Positions 39,790 through 52,100 of a stretch of 64,000 nucleotides of DNA are shown here, piece after piece. The DNA comes from Lama glama. Taxonomy: Eukaryota. Position 1 is the first letter of the stretch, and each line of letters opens with the position of its first letter. A program made the position numbers and the translations under genes. The stretch lies in NCBI GenBank assembly GCA_028534125.1, contig CM052817.1, positions 20,276,001-20,340,000 on the forward strand, in the 5' to 3' direction. Below the pieces are notes generated by a model, which saw nothing but the letters and a program-made list of their open reading frames with translations, did no database searches and was not told the DNA's origin.

Positions 39790-40197
39790 ATCTCCTCTTT
39801 CCCACAGTATGAACAAGACTCTGTAGAGTAGCTACACTCGGACCCAGGTGAAAGGAACTTTTTAGCCTAGCAAAGGTAATTTTTCCCAAGATGTAGTAGT
39901 ATTCAGCAACTGTCATCTAGGGAAATGGTAAGGATAGCTAGTGACAACTGCAGTGGCATCCAGTGGGGGTGGTCTCCAGCAGTAGTGACTTGGTCCACCT
40001 GGACATGCTCCCTGTGATAAAAGATGCTCATTTTTTTTCTTAACTCTGTGGAGCTGCTTTGATTCTTGCAAGATTTCCAAATCCAATTCTCTAGGCAGTT
40101 ATTAATTTGTTAAGTCACTGTTTCTCTTCCATCCCATTCTACTTAAGATAACAATAGTCAGCTTCTGTTGCTTATATCAAGATTTCTAAATGATACA
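39790..40197 (+). mobile_element. Degenerate ERVL/MaLR LTR (LTR33-like 3' end)
   Basis: Terminus ttctacttaagata...agcttctgttgctt...caaga...tgataca; 5' boundary uncertain. Confidence 0.45.
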
Positions 40198-40214
40198 ATA
40201 TTAATGAAACATCA

Positions 40215-40415
40215 AAGTGCAGTGAAAGAAGATCAAGACTTGGAGTTACCCAGATTATGCGTCTTGGTTGCACTATTTACTACCAATAAATATTAGATTA
40301 CTTGACCTCTCTGTGTCTCATTCTCCTCATTTACAAAATTGGATTTATATCTTTTAGACTGCAGGGTTGTTCTAGGGGTTGAAATAATGCTAGCACCTAA
40401 CACAGTTTTTAGAAG
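40215..40415 (+). mobile_element. MIR SINE
   Basis: gtgcagtgaaagaa...ttacttgacctctctgtgtctcattctcctcatttacaaaattgga...cagggttgtt. Confidence 0.75.
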
Positions 40416-41034
40416 TTTGCTAAAGGTAACCAAAAAGTGATATTCAAACTCCTTTTGATCATTTCTGTTTGCATGTGACCCTTCAATCACTGGAGGAATT
40501 CACCCTGAACTTTATTCTGAACATTTATTTGACAACATACATTGTGGTGTAGAATCTAAAGTCTTCCTAAAGAAAAGTTAAATTATTTGTATTGCTTGTC
40601 TTTTTCACACTTGAAGATACCTTGAACTCTCCAAGTATGAATCAGAGCTTATGCTGGGTAAAAACATAATCAGCTTACTGTTGGAAGGCAACGTCTTTTA
40701 TTCCATCCCTGGCTTTCACGAGGAGGAATTTCTTTTCCCTTAGCATTTCTCTCCCTACTTAATACCTGCTTTTCTGCCTTTTGCTTCCTATATGGAGCAA
40801 ATGTCTCCTCACCCCCACCCCCATCCCCACAGTAAAAAGCTGCTCCAGCTCAGTCTTGCCTAGAACTGAGTGAGCAAGTCTCCCTAAATCTGACACTCAT
40901 ATAGGAAGCCAATCTATCGTTTACCCTAGTGATTTATCCATTTACCTAGCCTTGCCGGTAGCAAATGTAATGTTTAAGGCTCCTTACCACTCTCCTTTGT
41001 TTTATGTTATGTTATTTTTTTATTTTAAAAATAT

Positions 41035-41736
41035 CAAAATTGTAGAATAGATAAACAAGATTACACTGTATAGCACAGGGAAATATACACAAAATGTTAT
41101 GATAAATCACAGAGAAAAAAATGTGACAATGAGTGTGTATATGTCCATGAATGACTGAAAAATTGTGCTGAACACTGGANNNNNNNNNNNNNNNNNNNNN
41201 NNNNNNNNNNNNNNNNNNNNNNNNNNNNNNNNNNNNNNNNNNNNNNNNNNNNNNNNNNNNNNNNNNNNNNNNNNNNNNNNNNNNNNNNNNNNNNNNNNNN
41301 NNNNNNNNNNNNNNNNNNNNNNNNNNNNNNNNNNNNNNNNNNNNNNNNNNNNNNNNNNNNNNNNNNNNNNNNNNNNNNNNNNNNNNNNNNNNNNNNNNNN
41401 NNNNNNNNNNNNNNNNNNNNNNNNNNNNNNNNNNNNNNNNNNNNNNNNNNNNNNNNNNNNNNNNNNNNNNNNNNNNNNNNNNNNNNNNNNNNNNNNNNNN
41501 NNNNNNNNNNNNNNNNNNNNNNNNNNNNNNNNNNNNNNNNNNNNNNNNNNNNNNNNNNNNNNNNNNNNNNNNNNNNNNNNNNNNNNNNNNNNNNNNNNNN
41601 NNNNNNNNNNNNNNNNNNNNNNNNNNNNNNNNNNNNNNNNNNNNNNNNNNNNNNNNNNNNNNNNNNNNNNNNNNNNNNNTTTGACACAACACTGTAAAAT
41701 GATTATGAATCAATAAAAAATGTTAAAAAAAATAAA
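41035..41736 (+). mobile_element. Young camelid-type L1 3' end spanning the assembly gap
   Basis: gaatagataaacaagattacactgtatagcacagggaaatatac...gaatgactgaaaaattgtgctgaacactgga [gap] tttgacacaacactgtaaaatgattatgaatcaataaaaaatgttaaaa. TSD taaaaatat (41026-41034, 41737-41745). Confidence 0.88.
41180..41679. other. Assembly gap (500 N)
   Basis: Run of N. Confidence 1.
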
Positions 41737-42253
41737 TAAAAATATGCTTTTCAGGAAAGTTTAATAATACAACAAATTCTTAAGTTAACATCAATTCTTA
41801 AAAGTTGCACCAAAATATAAATACAATATAAACTTATTTTCTAAAATATAAGTGGCACTCATTCAAATAAACATAGTAAATAACTGGAAAGAAGTATACC
41901 AAAATATTAAAACAGATTATACTCCACAAAAAAAATTGCAGTGGCTTTCTCGGGTTTTCTCTACACTTTTCTGTATTTTCTAGAGTTTTGAGAGTAAGTA
42001 TGTATTTGAAGAATCTTTACCATAAAACTTGCTTTTTTCTGTGTTAAGTGAAAAAAGTCAGATGTAAAACTGGCATACTGTATGAACCTAATTATACAGC
42101 AAAAGATTGGAAATACTAGTAAAGAATTATTATTAATGATTTTAATTGTGTTTTAACTTTTCTATATTCACAGAAATAAATAGGGAAACTTTATTTTCTT
42201 TAATTGATTGATCTATTATCTCTTCTAACATAGAAAGGTGTTTACAATATATT

Positions 42254-42692
42254 ATTTTTATTGAGGTATGGTTGATTTACATTATTGTAATAGTTTCAAG
42301 TGTACAACATAGTGATTCAAAATTTTTATAGCTTATACTCCATTTAAAGTTATTGCAAAATATTAGCTATATTACATTTGCTGTATAATATATCCTTGTA
42401 GCTTATTTTATATATAGTACTTTCATACCTTTTAATCCCCTACCCCTGTGTTGCCCCTCTCCGTTCCCTCTCCCCACTGGTACCATTAGTTTATTCTCTA
42501 TATCTATGAGTCTGTTTCTGTTTTGCTATATTCATTCATTTGCTTTATGTTTTAGATTCCACATATAAGTTACAACATACAGTATTTGTCTTTCTCTTAT
42601 TTATTTCACTAAGCATAATAGCCTCCAGGTCTATCCATGTTGTTGCAAATGGCAAAATCTCATTCTTTTTTGTGGCTGAGTAATAATATTCC

Positions 42693-42727
<35 letters not shown>

Positions 42728-42872
42728 TTCTGTCTCACATTTTATCTATCCATCTGCTGATGAACACTTAGGTTGCTTCCTCATCTTGCCTATTATAAAT
42801 AATTCTGCTATCAGCACTGGGGTATATGTATCTTTTTAAATTAGTGGTTTTGTGTTTTTTCAGATAGACACT
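42254..42872 (-). mobile_element. Cetartiodactyl-type L1 3' end with internal (TG)n (~42695-42723)
   Basis: ttttattgaggtatggttgatttac...gtgtacaacatagtgattc...ttagattccacatataag...tccatgttgttgcaaatggcaaaat...gaacacttaggttgcttcc. Confidence 0.92.
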
Positions 42873-43259
42873 CTTTTTTTTTTTTTTCCCCTCAAACTGC
42901 TCAGAACCATGGTGGGAAAGAGAGAGACTATTTCTTAGGGGGTCCCTCAGGAGTCTAAAACCTCAAAAAGAGGCAAAAGAGTGTCTGATTTGCTTAAAGA
43001 TTCAATTGTCCTAAACTGATCTACTCAAACCTGATGGACTATATTTAGAAGACTCCATAAACTCAGAGTTGCTTCTAAAGCAAAGAGTAAAGATGACTTT
43101 GACTGTGTACTTCTGAGGGGAGTGTGGCTGGCAGGTGATTCTTTGTGGATAACTCCACAGTGAATTTATAGAAAATAAATTCTGCATTATTTATCAGGAA
43201 TTGCACTTTTAATACTCCCAAACAATATGTCATGAGAAAATAACAAAATTAAAGGAACT

Positions 43260-43430
43260 GAACTTTTCGAGTACCTAGCATGTGATAAGTCCTTAGCAAG
43301 AAAAGTGCCATTTGAGAGATGAGGAAACTGGGCCTCAGAAGAGTTAAATAAACTGTGCAAAGATAAATATCAAGGAATCAGTGGAATGAGGATTAAAGCA
43401 TAAGGTTTTTGCTCCAGAATGTGTTCTCTT
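43260..43430 (-). mobile_element. MIR SINE fragment
   Basis: agatgaggaaactgggcctcagaagagttaaataaactg...agtggaatgaggattaaa. Confidence 0.7.
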
Positions 43431-45199
43431 TATGGCATATACATAACTTTTGTAACCCTGATAATGTTCATCCTAATTGGAAAGATAAGATTTAGAGTTT
43501 CAGATGCATATGCATAATTGTCCATCTTTCCCACTTCCTAAGAAGAATGATTTTTTTAATGTGTATCAAAATAGTTCAGACTCAAGGAGCTTAAGTTATA
43601 GAAAAAAAAATGAATAAGGCTAGTTAGGGATTAGATAAAAAAATAAGAAAAATTATATACAAATGTATAAATATAGACACATATATGTGTGTACACATAT
43701 ATATATACATATATTTTTTTTTTACATTCCCCTCTCAATAGACAGAACTTCCATTAACTTGAGTAGGCAGCTGCTTGAATTGTACCCATTATCTGTATAA
43801 ATATATAATGTCCCAAGTGTGCAATTATGTTATTTCACAGTGAAAAATGACTTGGTTTTAAAATCTGTGTGCTGGGAACCTGCCTGAGTCTGAAATATTT
43901 GCATTTGAAAGGATAGAGACTCTTCACAGAAATTGTCAGTAGCTTGATGCATCCTATTAGTACACATTTTATACCAAAGAGAGAGCATTATGGCTGGGGA
44001 TTCTCTCTTTTCCCAGCCAGAGTGATACACTTTTCTTATCACAGTTTGTTGAGTCTGGGGTTAGTTGGTTCATTGTCCATTCCTTCAATGCAGAACACTC
44101 TTTCTGTGCACATTTGGGCTTGTAATATGTAAGTCTATATTTGAAACATAATATGGGCAGTCCATTTGCTATTCAATCAATACTATCAGTCACAGAGCTA
44201 AATATACATGTTTATTATTTCATCACAACTGCATTACTGTCATTAAAAACCTTCCACAATCTTTTTTGTGAGTGCTTGACTAGACACAAAATGATCAAAT
44301 ATTTCTTAGGAAGTTAAAAATCTAAATAAAATTGCAAATCTTGTAAATGCAATGTATTACTCTGTATATAAGAGAAATGATCTGTTCAATTTTAAATTTA
44401 ACACATGTTTTATATAATCTTATCGTTAATATTTTCCATTGGAAAATGCATCTTGAATGAAAAGGATAACCCATTAATGAAAGAATTACTATTCCCTCAA
44501 CACCTACTGAATTCTGCTAAGCAAAACTAAGTCATTTATTCACATTATTATGCTAACTATTATACCCTAAGGCAAATTCTAAAAATGTTGGAAAGATAGG
44601 ACACCTTTACATATGAAAATTAACTAATAGTATAAGGCACTGTATGGTAAACATGTTTTTAAGTGGTACTTGAAGTGAACTAAGGGAATTCTGAGAAATA
44701 ATTGATCACAGCAGATTAAACTGAACATGGAATATTGCATACAGGAGTTAAATCAGTCCTTGAACATGTGAAGAGGAAAGTAATGCGAAATCCCCAGACC
44801 CTAGAGAGAAGGCTCATGTTTATGCTGCAAAATAGACCTGAGGATGTTAACAAATGAAACATGCCTCGCAGAACAAAGGAAGCTGGTTTCAAGAAGTAAA
44901 GAATTTGAAGTTGGGTTGCACCTTGGCTTCTAGCATTCTCTGTGCTATGTCATACATCTGAATGGGATAAAAAAAAGAAAAAACAGTGTGAGTGTGGACT
45001 CATTCTCAGACGTCAGGAGGGAATTATATGCACACAGCCAAACAGCTACAAGAGAAGGGAGCTTAAGAAAATGGAAAGCAAAGGTACCACTGCCAGTATG
45101 GAAGTTCCATCTGGCAAGGGGTTCAAGTAGTATTTTTTAGGGTGAAAGAAGTTGGGGTTCCATAAAATTGTTATTCTTTTGAGTTTGTGGGATCGTCAG

Positions 45200-45330
45200 G
45201 CATTCACCAAATATTTATAAACAATATACTACATATTTGGTATTCTGCAAGATAGTGAGAAAATAAAGATAAGTGGAATATAGTATTGCTTTCTAGGAGG
45301 TGTAAATTCCAACAGGAGATGACAGATTGG
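45200..45330 (-). mobile_element. L2 3' end fragment
   Basis: cattcaccaaatatttat...tactac...aaataaagataagt...tgctttctaggag. Confidence 0.45.
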
Positions 45331-45984
45331 ATGGCTGGGTAGATAAACAGACAGATAGACAGGAGAAGTAGCAGCCTAATGGGTAGAATAATAGAATAGG
45401 GGAAGGTGCTTTTAAAGGAGTGAGTGCCTTACTCTGCTAGAGAAATACGGATGGCACTTGAATAGATTCAAAGTATCTGAAGTATGAGTCCCTAAAGCCA
45501 ATTCGTAGTCCAACTAGGTTGTCTCTTATTACCTGCGCTTTGGACGACTGCTGCACAAAACACCTGTGCTGACCACCTTGGCCATCTTATACTTTGCCGT
45601 GATGGTCAGGCTCTCAGTTTTTGACACTCCAAAATGTAAATACAACTTCTTCCCCTTAATTCTCTTAGGCAGAGATAATACAGGACCACATTCATTTTCT
45701 TCTTTCTCAAAGCCTTGAAAGCAGTAGGGGGAAATATAATATAGTAAAGAAAAACATAGAGTTGGCACGATCAGACTTTGCTTTTAGAGCCCAGTGAATA
45801 TGCTTCCTACTGGATATATTTCTCCTTAGCTCCAACAGACATCTATATGGCAAAAATGCCTCATTTTTCCAGGCAGAAATTAACTTTTCTTTCTCTAGCT
45901 TTACTGCTACCAAGCTATTTGTCTTTATTGCTAGCCAGTGAGAGTTAACGTGAGTTGACAATAATATATTACTCCCTTCAGACT

Positions 45985-46230
45985 ATAATCTGGGCTAACG
46001 TGCTGAAGCCAGATTTCCTGTGTTTCCGTTCTGTCTCTGCCATTTACAAGCTGGGTGATGTTTGGGGAATACTTAACCTCCCTATGCCTCAGTTTTATGA
46101 GTAAAATGAAGTTAATAATAGTATTTTTCTCATAGGGTGGCTATGAGAATTAAGTGATTATAATGTTAATTATAAATTCCCTAGCCGATAATGTTCAATA
46201 GATGTTAAAAATATCATTACTATTACTCAA
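45985..46230 (+). mobile_element. MIR SINE
   Basis: ctctgccatttacaagctgggtga...acttaacctccctatgcctcagttt...taataatagta...ctcatagggtggctatgagaattaagtga. Confidence 0.85.
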
Positions 46231-46869
46231 AATTATCCAATGCATATTCACTAAGATATCTTTCCTGGATCAACTCTTTAAAAACAATGGTTTAGAACCT
46301 ATTTACAATTGTTTAACTAAAGGATCTGCTCTAGAATAATGGGTTTCTGCCTCAAATGTATGCAGTAACTTAACTCCAGTAGCTTAAAAAGCTGATAAAT
46401 TACAAGCAACCAGACATTTGCAATTTGGTCTTTGTTTTGATTTTAATGTGAAGCACTCTTCATCAGGCTCTCCTCTGCATTAGAAAAGTGAAACAAGGCT
46501 ATGATCTGAGAACATGCAGAAGACCATAATGTTGTAGTCTGTGATGAATATGAAGACACTTTTATAAAGTAAAAATGTTCTCAGAACCTCACAAGTTAAA
46601 ACTTTATACTCTCAGAATTTGAATGTAAAATGCATAATAACAACACACTACTTTGCAAAGCTTTTAAAGACTCTGTATTTTATTAATTACAACTATGCAT
46701 CCAAAGTCGGATTTCCTCTGCCTCAGAAACCAAAATGTCAAGGGACGCCCAGCCAGAAAGTAATAAAGCTGGGCAAGCACGTTCACTGTTGATTGTTGTC
46801 TCCTGTTTCAAATGTGTCCTCAGCCCCACCAAGGACCCCTATTTGAAACTGAAAAATAGCTCACTCTGC

Positions 46870-47230
46870 CACCTGTCTCACAATCATTCACTCTCAACTA
46901 TGCTCAAACCTCCAGCTCTCCATGGCTTCTCCTTCCACTCGCTCTTTCTGACCTCAAATCCTAATTTCTGGAGAAAATAGAAGCCATCAAACAGAAAATA
47001 TCTCATTTTGCTGATATGAAAAAATATAAACCTATGTAGATCTACACCCATTTATCTTCCACCTGCATAGTTACAAGTAGACATATATATATTCGTTTTA
47101 AGGACAGTGTCTCCAACTATGTTTCGGAGGCCATCCTAGTCTCAATTTTCTAATATTACAATATTTGGCAACATAGATAAATAGAATTTTTCTTTCTCCC
47201 CTTTGTATAAAAGTCTCACTCAACTGAGGC
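46870..47230 (+). mobile_element. L2 internal fragment (continues ~47.8-48.0 kb and ~51.3-51.9 kb)
   Basis: gagaaaatagaagccatcaaacagaaa is a typical L2 motif; pyrimidine-rich L2-like text resumes after the nested L1s. Confidence 0.5.
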
Positions 47231-47246
47231 TTTCCTATGGCTTTTC

Positions 47247-47763
47247 TCTTTTTTTTTTTAAATTGAGGTATAATTGACATATAACAATATACTAGTTTCA
47301 GGTGTACAACATAATAATTTGATATTTGTATATATTGCAAAATAATCACCATAAGTGAAGTTAATGTTCATCACTACACACAGTTACAAATATTTTTCTT
47401 TGTGATGAGAATTTTGAAGATCTACTCTTAGTAAATTTTAGATATAAAATATAGTATTACTAACTATAGTCACAAAGCTGAACATTACTTCCCCAGGACT
47501 CACTGATTTTATGATTGGAAGTTTGTACTCTTTGATCACCTTCACCCATTTCCCCCAACCCTCATTCCTCCACCTCTGGGAACCACTGATCTGTTCTTTG
47601 TATTTAGAAGTTAGTTGTTGTTTCTTTATTTTAGGTTCCACATATGAGTGTGATCAGAGTATTTGTCTTTTTCTGTCTGACTAATTTTACTTAGAATAAT
47701 GCCCTCAAGATCCATCCATGTTGTCACGAACGACAAGATTTTCTTCTTTTTTTATGACAGTAA
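47247..47763 (-). mobile_element. L1 (L1MA9-like) 3' end
   Basis: aattgaggtataattgacatataac...tttcaggtgtacaacat...ctctgggaaccactgatctgttct...tccatccatgttgtcac. Degenerate TSD tttcctatggcttttc (47231-47246) vs tctcctacagcttttc (47764-47779). Confidence 0.9.
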
Positions 47764-48097
47764 TCTCCTACAGCTTTTCAATGTGGTCAAGTGTCTCCTA
47801 GCATAAAAAAAAAAAATCCCTTCAAACCCCAGCTCAAGCTACTTCTTTCTCTTTCTTCCCTTCCTCAGGCAGTTTTGTTAATATTTATTTTATTCATTTC
47901 TACATTCTCCATTCATTCTTCAAGCCACTTTAATATGGCTTTTTTCCTTTCATTTAAAATACAATACTGCTAAATTTGTCTAAAGACTTTTCTTTAAGTC
48001 TTTAGAGGAGGAGTTATCCATAATTTAAATATTTTGTATAACTTCCTCCTAAAATCATTTGGCATTGGTGCTATTTACCGAGTAGATTCAAAACTTT

Positions 48098-48240
48098 TTT
48101 GTTTGTTTTTGGTTTTTATTTGGGGGGGAGAGGTAATTAGGCTTATTTATTTATTTATTTTTAGAGGAGGTACTGGGGATTGAACCCAGGAACTCATGGA
48201 TGCTAAGCATGCGCTCCACCGCTTGAGCTATACCCTCCCC
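48098..48240 (-). mobile_element. Camelid tRNA-derived SINE (Vic-1-like)
   Basis: Reverse complement ggggagggtatagctcaagcggtggagcgcatgcttagc...gggttcaatccccagtacctcc...cctaattacctc plus A-rich tail. Pol III A/B boxes present. TSD caaaacttt (48089-48097, 48243-48251). Confidence 0.9.
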
Positions 48241-48254
48241 AACAAAACTTTAAA

Positions 48255-51200
48255 ATGATTACTGAATGATTAATTTTTTTGTGTCTTCTTGAATGAATGT
48301 TGGCAGGCAAGTATCTTTATCCGTCCTTTTGTTTTCTTTGGGTTCATTTTCCTATTTTTCTTTAAGTTTTAAGATGAACGCTTACCTCATTGATTTTTAG
48401 CCTTTCTTTTTTTCATAAACAAGCATTTAGCTCAATTTGAATATAGAATACTTTCATTATTTTTTCATTCATATTTAAACATGTTGTATTTTCTTCTTTG
48501 ACTATTATTTAGAAGTACAATATCTAATTTACAAATATATTTTAAATTATCTTTTCATTATATTTATTTTTAATTTGATAGCACCATAGTAATTTTATAT
48601 AATTTGCTTGTTATCAATTATTTGGAGTTTGATTAGATTTGCACTACAGTTTATTTCAAAGTCAATTTTATGTATATCTTTTGTGTGCTTGAAAAAAATG
48701 ATTTGGTCTTTAATTTTGGGATTTGGAGTTCAATGTACATTCATGAGAACAAGCTTATTAACTCTATTGTTCAAATCTTCCATATCTTTACTAAGTTTAG
48801 GTTTTGGATCTCATAATAGCAAGGTGAATGACATCTCCCTGCATGACAGTAGATTTATGATGTTCCACCCGCCATCTGATAATTTTTTTTCTTTATAGTA
48901 CATCTTTGGTTATGTTACTATGTGCAAAAAAGTGTAAAACTTCTCTATATTCCTCATATTAACTGAAAGCTTTTATCCTAAATAATGATTTTTGTTCTAA
49001 GGTCTATTTTGTCTGATATTGTAAGAACTTTAATAGTTTTATCTTAGTTGGTATTTCTATGCTTTTTATTTCAACCTCCCTTGGTCTTTATGCTTTGTAT
49101 GAATCTCTTATGAATTACATATAGATTAATTTTTTTAAAATAAAATCTGATAATCCCTACCAGTGTTTTTCAACACATTCTATGCTTTTTAGTACTACTA
49201 ATTTATATTTTTCTCAAATTGATAGTTAATCTTAATATTTTAAATTGATATTTTTCCATTTATCTCACATGCATTTTGATATCGAATGATTTAATTGTAT
49301 ATTTTAATGGTTAGATTTAAATTTAATACACTAAATAAATCATAAAGGAAGAGAATATATGTCTCCCCCAAACAAACAAAATTTTAGTATGTTTTAACTA
49401 TGATCACAAAGTACCCAACACAGCTAAACATGTATTCTTTGTCAAATATTTCAGTTCTATATTAGTGGAAGTTTCCTTTATTTTGACTTCTTTAACAATT
49501 ATAAAATGTTAACCATGTTCATAGTATGACATGAAATACCTTAGAACTATTATCTTTTTAATCCTCAAAATAATTTTATGAGAATATTATCCCTTTGTTT
49601 CAACATTTCTGTTTTAGTTTTTATTTCTGCATGTTTACCATTTTATTTTGTTTATCATATATTTCTAGATTGAAGTCTTTTTTCTGTATTCAATTTATTT
49701 GTTCCTGAAATACATCATTTAGAAGTTCTTCTAGTGAGAATACATTACTGATAAATTTTCTACAACTTATCTAAAAAAATGACTATATCCTACGCTTGTT
49801 TGTAAATGATGGTTTCCCTACCTAAAAAATCATAATTTGAAGCTTATTTAAATTAACTCTTTTTTTCTACTTTCTATACAATTTTCTAAATTCATTTGGT
49901 GCTCAAAAGAATTCTGCTGTTGGTGTCATTGCTTTTTCTTTATGCATAATTTTTGTTTCACTTTGGATGCTTTTAAGGTCTTCTCTTTATCTTTGAAAAT
50001 TTAAAACTTTACCAATATTTGTTTAAATGTGGATTGTTTGTTTATCAAGTTTATTTTACTGTGTTTCCTAAATCTGAGCATTTCTTTCATATTCTAGAAA
50101 AGTCTAATAAATTATCCCTTTAAATATTGCTTATCCAAAATCTTCTGAGTTTCTTCCTTTGGGATTCCAATTAAATATATCAATCTTTCCTTTATCTACC
50201 ATCTATATAACTACTGTTCTTTCATTCTCTTTTTCTTCATGCATTTCATTATTTATCAGTTTCAGACAAGCCATTCTCTCGAGCTAGTTACAATATAATT
50301 TTGACCCTTTCCTTGAGTTTTTAATTGAATTATTTCTATTTTGTGTTTTATAAGGTTTATTTTGTTCTTTTCTAAACTTGCCTGTTTACTCTTGCTTTTC
50401 TATTGTTCCTTTCTCACATTAATAATGTTCTCTTTCACTTCCTTAAACATTATATATATAATTATTTTATAGTCTCTACCTAACCATTCCAATATCTTTT
50501 GTCTTTGAGGGTTTAAAATTGCTGTTTATTGTTTTGCTCTATTTCACGGTGGCCTGTGTCCTCATGCGTGATGTGCTCTTTGGAATTACGAGCTAGTATT
50601 TGAGTAAGCGTAATATGTAAGAATTCTGAGAGACTTATTCAAGTTGTTTCTTTCCAAAAAGGATTGGCACTGATGCTGTGTATTGTCCCAAAGTGCTTGT
50701 GATCATATTAAGTAGAACTTCTTGGCCAGAAGTTTTGCAGACTCCAAAAGAAATATTCAAACTCCTGATATAAATGAGAGCAGAACTCTGGTTATTGATT
50801 CTCAGTACAGAGTTTATTTTTCCAACAAGATCAGAGAGTAACAGGGCAAATACCTTGTTGTCTCTCTTTTCTGGAGAGCAGGATTTTTGTTTGTTTTGTC
50901 TTCACTGGTGTAGTCACTTGAAAGTCTGGCCTTTATTACAGGATCTCAGTTCCAACTCTCCACTTTGCATATATCCAAAGCCTTATCTTCTATAACCAGC
51001 CTTGCTATTAAAGTCCAAAGTTTTAAGTTCAAAGAAAAGAAATCTTCTCACAAACTTCATCATTAATTCAGGTTCACCTTGAAGGTTTTAAGCTTCTCAA
51101 GTCCCTCCGAAATGTGGCTCCTGGCAGTTGTCTTACTTCCTTCTGGACTTAGTTACGTCTTATTGTACTTATATAGTAGTATTAAGATTTATTTTAGTGT
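48255..51200 (-). mobile_element. Old degenerate L1 (L1ME-like) ORF2-ORF1-5' fragments
   Basis: ttgttcaaatcttccatatcttta; tctattttgtctgatatt; ggatgcttttaaggtcttctctttatctttg; ttttatagtct...ttccaatatct. Confidence 0.7.
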
Positions 51201-51949
51201 ATGTGTTGTGTGTGCATGTGTGTTTAATAGTCATTTAACTTCAACAAAAATAGCTCAAATCAACAATAATCTCCATGTCTTTATAACTAGGGCATAGTAG
51301 ATTAATTCTTCTACAATCCAACTTCCCTTTCAACAGCGCTGAATACTCTGTGGACTTATAATCCTTATATGGCCTGCCTTCCAATATTCTGCCACACTCC
51401 TGTTTTCTCCTATCTTGCTGGGTTTTCCTTCTGACTCCTTCATATCACATGTTCCTTTAATAGACATTAAACAATAAAATTATCTAAGCTTTACCCCAGG
51501 TCCTCTCTTCTTCAACTATACTCTCTTTATGACAGTTTCTGCCACTTTTGCTATGAATAATTACCAACAGAGATTGCTTTAAAGTATAAATCTGATTAGC
51601 TCACCCCCACTGCTTATACTTATTCAGTGATTTTTTGTAACACTATAAGAAGAAAGATAATTTTCATTAGCATGATCTACAAAGGTATCCAGAAAGAGCT
51701 CTCCCCACCTCCCTGCCTCTCCAGTGCCAAGCTTTCTCTTCTCCTTCCTGTCACCACGAGCCTTCTTTACTTTGTATTTACTATGTTTACTTCTAACACA
51801 GGGCTTTCACGTAACATTTCCCTTTTGTACCATCTCTTTTCATCTAAATAATGCCTATCCATTTTTCAGAAAATACAAGCCAGTTATCTCAGAGCTGTTC
51901 TTACTAATTGCCTTGAATATCTCAAATTTATCTTTTATTTTCTCTCACT

Positions 51950-52100
51950 CATTCATTTAATACATATTATTAAGAAACTACTATGTGCCAGAAACTGGCC
52001 TATATGTACGAATATATTTAGCAGCAAATAAAATAGACTAACTCTCATTCCATATAGTTGGGAGAGGCAACAGGGGAAAATGATAAGCAAATAGGCAAAT
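51950..52100 (-). mobile_element. L2 3' end fragment
   Basis: cattcatttaatacatatt...ctactatgtgccag...aaataaaatagac. Confidence 0.65.

Noticed and set aside
41012..41716. Long ORFs of 183-233 aa
   Set aside because: Artefacts of the second N gap; flanks are L1 3'UTR.
48160..48240. tRNA gene
   Set aside because: The tRNA-like head continues into a SINE body, A-rich tail and TSD, so it is a SINE.
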